32,839 nucleotides of DNA from Myxococcota bacterium (lineage in GTDB: Bacteria > Myxococcota > JACRCW01): positions 1 through 32,839 of the forward strand of contig JBFMGU010000118.1 in NCBI GenBank assembly GCA_040752415.1. Reading direction: 5' to 3'. Each line of letters opens with the position of its first letter. The first letter of the stretch is position 1. Made by a program: the position numbers and the translations under genes. Below are positions 26,837-32,839 of the stretch, piece by piece. The notes beneath the pieces are model-generated. The model was not told the DNA's origin and searched no databases. It saw only the letters and a list, made by a program, of their open reading frames with translations.

Positions 26837-26852
26837 AGCAGCGGCCATGCCA
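26837..26852 (-). promoter_or_regulatory. Candidate sigma54 (-24/-12) promoter for the lytic transglycosylase
   Basis: Minus strand TGGCATGGCCGCTGCT has GG-N10-GC spacing and matches consensus TGGCACGNNNNTTGCW with two mismatches. Confidence 0.5.
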
Positions 26853-27036
26853 TGCACCCGGGATTCACACCGGTCGCTGCGGGAATGCGCGTCACGCGTC
26901 AGGGGCAATCATCACGTGCCCACAGCCCTTGATGCCGCGCGCGGAACCACCCGTTGTCGTCGGAGCGAGCGCACCTCACGGGGAGCGGCGTGAACACGCC
27001 CGACGTCACGTGGCGAGCGGGACGCGCCCGCGCGTG

Positions 27037-28188
27037 TCAGGCGGAACGCAGATCCCGGAGCAGCTCCCCGAAGCCCGTGAAGGGGCTGCCGTCCTGGTGC
27101 TCTGCCTGCAGCGTGAGCAGCTCCTCGTCGGAGGTGCTGGCGTAGGCGGCCACCACGCCGGGGTCCAGCTGCGTGCCGCTGGCCAGCGCAATGAGGTCGC
27201 GCGCGTCGGAGATGGGGCGGCCCTTGCGGTGGGGCCGGTTGCTGGTGATGGCGTCATGCGCGTCCACCACGGCGAAGATGCGCGCGCCGAGGTCAATGGC
27301 CTCTCCGCGCAGGCCCGCCGGGTAGCCGCTGCCGTCCCAGCGCTCGTGATGCTGCGCCACCACCCGACGCGCGTGCTGCAGGAAGGCAATGGGAGCGAGC
27401 AGCTCGTCGCCCATGAGCGGGTGGCGCTGCATGATGGCCCACTCCTCCGGCGAGAGCGGGCCACGCTTGCGCAGGATGTGATCCGGCACGCCGATCTTGC
27501 CCACGTCGTGGAGCAGCGCGCCGGCGGTGCAGTCCGCCAGCGCCTCGCCCTCCAGGCCCATGCGGGTGCCCAGGCAGCGCGCGTAGGCGGCCACGCGTCG
27601 GCTGTGCGCTTGCGTCTCGGTGTCGCGGTAGTCCAGCGCGGCCAGCAGGCCACACAGCAGCTCCGCGGTGCGCTTGGTGACGGCGTCCTGCAGTCGCGCG
27701 TTGGCCTGCTCCAGCTGGGCGGTGCGCTCGCTGAGGTCGCGCTGGAGGCGGTCGCGCTCCCGCACCACGCGGGTGAGCGAGCAGGCGCGGTCCAGTGTGG
27801 CGAGCAGCGCCTCCTGCGAGAAGGGCTTCTCCACCACCTGGTACACCCCCACGCCGTTGACGGCGGTCATGACGCTGTGGAGGTCCACCGCGGCGCTGAT
27901 GAGCAGGCGGCTGGCCTCGTTCTGGATGCGCGCCGCGTCCCACAACACGTCCAGGCCGCTGTCCCGCCCCAGCATGAGGTCCACCAGGATGGCGTCGTAG
28001 GTGTCGGCCTTGAGGCAGTCGCGCGCCTCGGCGCGGTCGGCGGCCAGCACCACGGTGAACCCGCTCCGCTCCAAGAGCACGCGCAGCATGAGGCGCAGGT
28101 CCCGGTCGTCGTCGACCACCAGCACCTTCAGCGGTGGACGCTGCGGGGTGTGGTCGAAGATCTCGGTGTGGGGGATCACCAGGCTCAC
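27037..28188 (-). CDS. Response regulator with HD-GYP c-di-GMP phosphodiesterase domain (RpfG-like)
   Basis: REC domain (VLVVDDD, LVDLML, EKPF), coiled coil, then HSRRVA, LLHDVGKIG, HHERWDGSGYPAGL. Confidence 0.92.
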   Translation of the reverse strand: MSLVIPHTEIFDHTPQRPPLKVLVVDDDRDLRLMLRVLLERSGFTVVLAADRAEARDCLKADTYDAILVDLMLGRDSGLDVLWDAARIQNEASRLLISAAVDLHSVMTAVNGVGVYQVVEKPFSQEALLATLDRACSLTRVVRERDRLQRDLSERTAQLEQANARLQDAVTKRTAELLCGLLAALDYRDTETQAHSRRVAAYARCLGTRMGLEGEALADCTAGALLHDVGKIGVPDHILRKRGPLSPEEWAIMQRHPLMGDELLAPIAFLQHARRVVAQHHERWDGSGYPAGLRGEAIDLGARIFAVVDAHDAITSNRPHRKGRPISDARDLIALASGTQLDPGVVAAYASTSDEELLTLQAEHQDGSPFTGFGELLRDLRSA

Positions 28189-28227
28189 GTCCGGGCACCG
28201 TAATGGACGTGGTGGAGGGCCACAAAT

Positions 28228-28258
28228 GCGAACGCCCCCGGTTTAAGGGGGCGCTCGC
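28228..28258 (-). terminator. Hairpin after the second csp (possible terminator, weak U-tract)
   Basis: Minus strand GCGAGCGCCCCC-TTAAACC-GGGGGCGTTCGC followed by ATTTG. Confidence 0.5.
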
Positions 28259-28298
28259 TCCATCCCGCCATCAAGAGAGCGGGCTGGCTTGCCGCGGT

Positions 28299-28502
28299 TC
28301 AGCCGACGACGCGGACGTTCTGGGCCTGCTCACCCTTCTTGCCGGGCACCACGTCAAACTCCACGCGCGCGCCCTCCTGCAGGCTCTTGAAGCCGTCCGA
28401 CTGGATGGCCGAGTAATGGACGAACACGTCCTCACCGCCCTCGCGGGAAATGAAGCCGTAGCCCTTTGCGTCGTTGAACCACTTCACGGTGCCAACTGCC
28501 AT
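28299..28502 (-). CDS. Cold-shock protein (CspA family), second paralogue
   Basis: 67 aa, [15 protein letters not shown] and DVFVHY. Confidence 0.97.
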   Translation of the reverse strand: MAVGTVKWFNDAKGYGFISREGGEDVFVHYSAIQSDGFKSLQEGARVEFDVVPGKKGEQAQNVRVVG

Positions 28503-28643
28503 CTTCCAACCCTCTTTCTGACGGGGCGCACTCCCACGCCCCCCTGCAATGCCGCGGGCCTCCGTGACCCGGTCGGCGCCCCCCGCGTGGGCTTCATGAT
28601 GCCAGCGAGTTGTGAACCCCTCCCTCAGGGTCCCCCTTCAGGC

Positions 28644-28659
28644 AGCGGCGTCTATGCCA
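28644..28659 (-). promoter_or_regulatory. Weak candidate sigma54 promoter for the second csp
   Basis: Minus strand TGGCATAGACGCCGCT (GG-N10-GC), about 140 bp upstream of the csp start. Confidence 0.3.
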
Positions 28660-28769
28660 CAGCGTAACAAAGGTTTGAAGGGCTTTTGTCGTCGTCCCGC
28701 GGCCCCTCTCGCGTTTTGCCAGGGAGCACGCGAACTTGCCCCGCCTCGGTCAACTGGCGGCCGGATCGC

Positions 28770-29414
28770 TCAGCCGGCGTCGGGGCCCGCGTCGGAGGGC
28801 CCGCCGTCGTCGGAGGAGGCGCCGGCGTCGCAGCGGAAACGGAACGGCACGAAGCTCTCCGGGTCCGGATCCACCCCGCCCACCAGGCGCTGGTCCTCCG
28901 CGGTGGCGCCGGTCTCGTCGGAGACGGTGACCCGGAGGAGGAAGGGGCCCTGGCACAGGAGGCGGTGGAGGGGCACGGACTCGTTGGGGAGGAAGGCGGT
29001 GAGGCCGGTCTTTTCCTGGCCGCCGCCTACGCGGGCGCACACCGTGGTGCGCGTGCCGGCGCTCTCGAAGATCACGCCGCCGTCGGGCTCCAGGTAGCGG
29101 TAGCTGGGCTGCACCTCCGGCCCCAGGCCCACGGTGCGCACGCTGAGCCAGAGGTGCTGGCCGCCCTGGGGGCCGCGCGCGGCGGTCCAGCGGTCCCCGT
29201 CCGCCACCGCCACGAACTCCGAGGAGCCGCGCCCGATGGTGAGCTGCGGGTCGCCGGCGATGATGCCCGGGCCCGCGGGACAGCTCCCCACGCCGCCGGT
29301 GGTCCCGCCCGGCCCGCCGCTGGTGGTGGGACAGGCCGCGGCCAGCCCCAGCAGGGAGAGGCCCCAGGCCAACGCGCTGCGCAACCAGCCGGGAAGGATG
29401 CGGGCTTGCTCCAC
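28770..29414 (-). CDS. Hypothetical lipoprotein
   Basis: Lipobox-like LLGLAAA-C, Gly-rich linker, GPQGGQH motif, DAG-repeat C-terminus. Confidence 0.72.
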   Translation of the reverse strand: MEQARILPGWLRSALAWGLSLLGLAAACPTTSGGPGGTTGGVGSCPAGPGIIAGDPQLTIGRGSSEFVAVADGDRWTAARGPQGGQHLWLSVRTVGLGPEVQPSYRYLEPDGGVIFESAGTRTTVCARVGGGQEKTGLTAFLPNESVPLHRLLCQGPFLLRVTVSDETGATAEDQRLVGGVDPDPESFVPFRFRCDAGASSDDGGPSDAGPDAG

Positions 29415-29502
29415 GACGGGGATTCCTTAGCGCGCGCCTCCGCCGGCGTCAGGGGCTGCGCCCCAACCAGCCGCTCCGCGGGCGTGCCGACCTCGTCAGC
29501 GA

Positions 29503-29691
29503 GCCGCGACCTGGAGTGCGGCGGGCCCTCGCCGCCCTGGTCAGCGCCGCGTGCGTTCTCGACGTGCGGAACGTGCTCGACCTGGTGGCGACGGGGCGTC
29601 GACGCCGCCGCGACCCGCGACCGCTGACGAGGGTGCCACACGCTCGGCGCTGACCAGGGCGGCGAGGGCCCGCCGCACTCCAGGTCGCGGC
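29503..29691. repeat. Perfect 47-bp inverted repeat containing a REP-like GGAG-tagged palindrome
   Basis: 29503-29549 is the exact reverse complement of 29645-29691, with a 95-bp spacer. Each arm contains TGGAGT-GCGGCG-GGCCCT-CGCCGC-CCTGG. Confidence 0.9.
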
Positions 29692-29745
29692 CCCGTCACG
29701 ACGTGTGAGCGCCCACTGTGCCGCTTGTCTCGACGAGAAACGCGC

Positions 29746-31953
29746 TCACTGCCCGCCCAGCGCGGCCATGGCGTTGCGGGCCACGTCGGCGTCCGGGCCG
29801 TTGGGCAGGATGTCCAGGTAGCGCTTGTAGTGCTTGATGGCGTTCTGCTTGTCGCCGCGGAACTTGTGGACCTCACCCAGGCCCAGGTGCGCCTCGGCGT
29901 AGCGGCTGTTGAGCTGCAGGGCGCGGTCGAACTCCCCGAGCGCGGCGGCCATCTTCTCCTGGTCGATGTAGCACCAGCCCAGTCCCACGTGCGGCTCGGC
30001 GCGGTCGGGGGAGAGCTCGTTGGCCTTGAGGTAGAGCGCCAGCGCCTTCTGGGTCTGGCCGCGGTCGCGCGCCTTGTCGGCCAGCGAGAGCGCGCGGTCG
30101 AACGTCATGGGCTTGGCGTCCTTGTCCTTCTCCTTGTCCGCGGTGGGCTTGGGGGCCTCCTCCGGCGCGGGCTCCTTGGGTTTCTCCTCGGCGGGAACCG
30201 GCTGGGGCGCCTGCTGCGCGGCGGGCGGCGGAGCGGCGGCGGCGCGGGCCTTGGCCAGGATGGCCTTGGCGCGTTCATGGCCGGCGTTGTCCTTGAGGAG
30301 CAGCTCCGCCTGCACGCCGGCCTCGGGCAGCTTCCCGTCGGCTTCCAGGAGCGCGGCCAGGCGCCAGCGGGCCACCAGCGCGTCCTGGTTCTCCCGCAGC
30401 AGCGCTTCCAGGTCGTTGGCGGCCAGCGCGCGACCCCCGGCATCCAGCCCACGCGCCTCGGCGAGGATGATGGGAAGGAACGGGTCGCCGGCCGGGCGCA
30501 GGCTCCTGGCGCGGTCCAGGTAGGGTTGGGCCTCCTTGGCCACGCGACGGGACACGTAATAGGCGGCCACCGCGGTGTTGGGCAGGTAGTCGTTGGGCGC
30601 GGCGCCCAGGGCCTCCTTGGCCAGCTCGAAGGCGGCCTTGAAGTGCTCCAGCTCGGCGGCCTGGGTCTTGTCCAGCCGCTCCTTGAGCGCCTTGGCCTCG
30701 GCCGCGTCGGGGGTGCCCTCGGTGACCGTGCCGCCGGTGGCCTTGGTGAGCCCGGCCAGACGCGCGCTCAGCTCCGCCTTCTCCTCGCCCAGCGCGGTGC
30801 CCAGCAGGCTCTCGGTGAGGCTCTTGAGCGCCAGCGCGTCGCCCCAGCGGGGGCTGGCGGCCAGCGCGGCATCCGCGTTCTGGCGCGCCGACTCCAGGTC
30901 CACCACCGCGCTGCGCAGCCAGCTCTTGCGCGCCGCCTCGAACGCCGCCACCGCCGCGGGGGGACGCGCCAGGCCCAGCCCCGCCTGCGCCTGCTGCACC
31001 AGCTCCGGCGGCACCAGGAAGTATCCGCCCACGCCCACCACCACGGCGCTGAGCGCCACGCCAATGAGCACCGCGCGGCGACGCTGCCCGCGCTGCCACT
31101 CGGCCACCGGGTCGTCGTCATCCAGCGCGGGGTTGGGACCGCTGAGCTCGGCGGGCACGGTGGCGCGCGGCGGTGTCAGCGAGCCCGACGGGGAGATGGC
31201 GCCGGGAGTGGCCACCGGGGTGGGGATGGGGATGGCCACCGGCGCGGCGGGCGCGGGATAGGAGCCGGTGGACTCCGCGCCGCCGGGAGGAGGCACCGCG
31301 GGATAGGGGTAGCCCGGCACCGGGTACATGGCGGGGTAGCCCGGCGGGGCGTACGGCGGGACGGCGCCGGGGGGATAGCCGGGGTAGACCGCGCCAGGGA
31401 CCGGGGGCATGCCAGGCACGCCGGGGACCGCGCCCAGCGGAGCGGGGAACGCGCCGGCGGGGGTCAGCTGCGAGGGCAGGTAGCCCGGCGGCATGCCGGT
31501 GGAGTAGCCCGGCGGCACCGTGGGCGGCATGGCCATGGGCGGCGCGGGCGTGGCGGGCGCGGGCGGCGCCGCGACGGTCGGCACCACCGCCGGGGTGTCC
31601 ACCGCCTGGAAGAAGCTGGCCAGCTCCGCGATGTTGCCCAGGCGCTTCCAGGTCTCCCCGCTCTTGGAAATCTCGTCGTCGCGGGTGACCTTGCGCTCCA
31701 CGATCCACTTCTGGAGCGTGGTGAGCTCCTTGAACGTGAAGATGTTGCCGTTGGGCTGGCGCACCATCCAGTTGCTGCTCTTCTGGCGCGCGGGCGCTCC
31801 CGCGGGTGCGGCGACGGGTCGGGAGCCACCGTCCTCCTTGCGGACCTTGAACACGTGGCCACAGGTGGCGCACTTGACGGTGACGGCCTCGGAACCCAGC
31901 CGGTCGTCGTCAAACTCGTATTCGGTCCCGCATTGTTCGCAGCGAACGTCCAT
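29746..31953 (-). CDS. Zinc-ribbon (MJ0042-type) + GYF_2-like + Pro-rich + TM + TPR protein
   Basis: ATG 31953. MDVRCEQCGTEY...VKCATCGHVF; WMVRQPNG...LQKWI...GETWKRLGNIAEL; Pro/Tyr-rich linker; TM AVLIGVALSAVVVGVGGYFL; C-terminal TPRs (AEAHLGLG...YKRYLDILPNG). Confidence 0.88.
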   Translation of the reverse strand: MDVRCEQCGTEYEFDDDRLGSEAVTVKCATCGHVFKVRKEDGGSRPVAAPAGAPARQKSSNWMVRQPNGNIFTFKELTTLQKWIVERKVTRDDEISKSGETWKRLGNIAELASFFQAVDTPAVVPTVAAPPAPATPAPPMAMPPTVPPGYSTGMPPGYLPSQLTPAGAFPAPLGAVPGVPGMPPVPGAVYPGYPPGAVPPYAPPGYPAMYPVPGYPYPAVPPPGGAESTGSYPAPAAPVAIPIPTPVATPGAISPSGSLTPPRATVPAELSGPNPALDDDDPVAEWQRGQRRRAVLIGVALSAVVVGVGGYFLVPPELVQQAQAGLGLARPPAAVAAFEAARKSWLRSAVVDLESARQNADAALAASPRWGDALALKSLTESLLGTALGEEKAELSARLAGLTKATGGTVTEGTPDAAEAKALKERLDKTQAAELEHFKAAFELAKEALGAAPNDYLPNTAVAAYYVSRRVAKEAQPYLDRARSLRPAGDPFLPIILAEARGLDAGGRALAANDLEALLRENQDALVARWRLAALLEADGKLPEAGVQAELLLKDNAGHERAKAILAKARAAAAPPPAAQQAPQPVPAEEKPKEPAPEEAPKPTADKEKDKDAKPMTFDRALSLADKARDRGQTQKALALYLKANELSPDRAEPHVGLGWCYIDQEKMAAALGEFDRALQLNSRYAEAHLGLGEVHKFRGDKQNAIKHYKRYLDILPNGPDADVARNAMAALGGQ

Positions 31954-32223
31954 GGTCCGTGGGCGTTGGGGGTCCGTGGCCTTCTGGCCAAACCTTGGGA
32001 GCGGCGTGGACGGGCGGCACGCCGCGGCGTCGCACAGGAGAATCACCTTCCTAGCATGCGGCGGCGCTGGGCGGCCAATGGCGGATGCGGATCCCCGAGC
32101 GCAGCGCCGGGACCAAGGTGGGACTTGTGCGTGGGCATTGCCACGTTGTGGGGCAAGACATGACGCCGCGGCATCCGTCCGCTATGGTCACGGACCGCCG
32201 ACAACTTCTCGAGGTGCACCCGC

Positions 32224-32713
32224 GTGCCCAAAATCCTCATCCAGGTGAGTGCACCGGGGGAGGCCCCCCGACGTCTCTCCGTCCAACAAGGAGGAGATCC
32301 TGGTGGGTCGTTCATCCCAGGCGGACGTCCACCTGGAGGACGAGCAGATCTCCCGCCAGCACTGCAAGCTGCTCCACACCAGCGGTCGCTGGCGGCTGGC
32401 GGACTGCAACAGCGCCAACGGTGTGTACCTGGACCGCGGCGGACGCGGCGCCCCGTTCCTGGCGCGCAATGATCCCGTGGTGAGCGGCGACCGCCTCTAC
32501 ATCGGCCGGTTCACGCTCTCCCTGCTGATGGACGCGGCGGCGGACGCGGAGGCCGCGGAGTCCACGCCCCCGCCCACCGAGGGCGCCGACCGCGACGCCA
32601 AGACCGTGGCCGTGGACCGCGCGCGCATCCAGGACAGCGTGCGCCACCGCCTGGCCACCGACGGAGAAGTGACCACGCCGGGCTCGGGTCGACCGAAGCT
32701 CGGCGGCGCGTAA
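32224..32713 (+). pseudogene. FHA-domain protein, apparently frameshifted near its 5' end (or a sequencing error)
   Basis: GTG 32224 after GAGGTG gives MPKILIQVSAPGEAPRRLSV. The FHA core NKEEILVGRS...ISRQH...DCNSANGVYL continues in the +1 frame from 32285 to the stop at 32713. Confidence 0.7.
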
Positions 32714-32753
32714 ATCACCTACCTGGGAAGACTCCGGTGGGGCCCGGACAGCC

Positions 32754-32839
32754 CGAGCCAAAGCGGTATTTCAGACCGCACTCCCACAGTGCCGGCCGCG
32801 CCATCCCCGAGGCGGAGAGGCCGGCACGCAGAGTTTCCC
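32754..32839. repeat. Second copy of the 11.7-kb REP-like element (truncated by the window end)
   Basis: 32754-32786 is identical (33 bp) to 11735-11767. It is followed by the same GTGCCGGC...GCCGGCAC stem with a different loop, then GCAGAGTTTCCC (GCGGCGCTTCCC in the first copy). Confidence 0.9.

Noticed and set aside
28527..28536. TGGGAGTGCG (minus strand) in the second csp leader, matching the REP head
   Set aside because: It is not followed by the GCGGY...RCCGC hairpin or the YYTGG tail, so it is probably coincidental.
29551..32163. 870-aa plus-strand ORF and similar long ORFs (233..1300, 5099..7255, 8795..10318, 16164..17696, 26128..28203)
   Set aside because: These are antisense shadows of well-supported genes, caused by stop-codon scarcity in GC-rich DNA; they contain no recognisable motifs.
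11735..32839. CRISPR array interpretation of the 33-bp repeat with variable loops
   Set aside because: The copies are 21 kb apart or inverted rather than tandem with regular spacers, and there are no cas genes in the window.

Overview
High-GC chromosomal window, most likely from a Myxococcota member (inferred from a MYXO-CTERM tail, a tandem-PilZ protein, eukaryote-like Ser/Thr kinases and a zinc-ribbon/GYF-like/TPR protein). It holds about 34 CDSs. Housekeeping: rpsP-khpA-rimM-trmD (interrupted by a CPBP protease gene, with no rplS after trmD), lgt, an acyltransferase/epimerase/SDR trio and two cold-shock paralogues. Signalling and motility: two Ser/Thr kinases, an FHA protein, a PilT-family ATPase, a tandem-PilZ protein and a REC-HD-GYP protein. 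Also present are a ParE-type toxin-antitoxin pair and several secreted or lipoprotein genes. The most striking non-coding signal is a dispersed family of GGAG-tagged palindromes (GGAGT-GCGGY-N7/8-RCCGC-YYTGG), with 5 copies at 3 intergenic loci. They form inverted doublets with compensatory stem changes, and one subfamily carries accessory hairpins with conserved stems and unrelated 21-24 nt loops. No transposase, tRNA, rRNA or CRISPR array was found. Other notable points are a 40-aa apparently leaderless ORF coupled to a BatA/vWA gene, several apparently leaderless genes, a frameshifted FHA gene, and a phage-fibre-like module inside a LamG lipoprotein. All calls come from motif recognition by eye; no database search was run.
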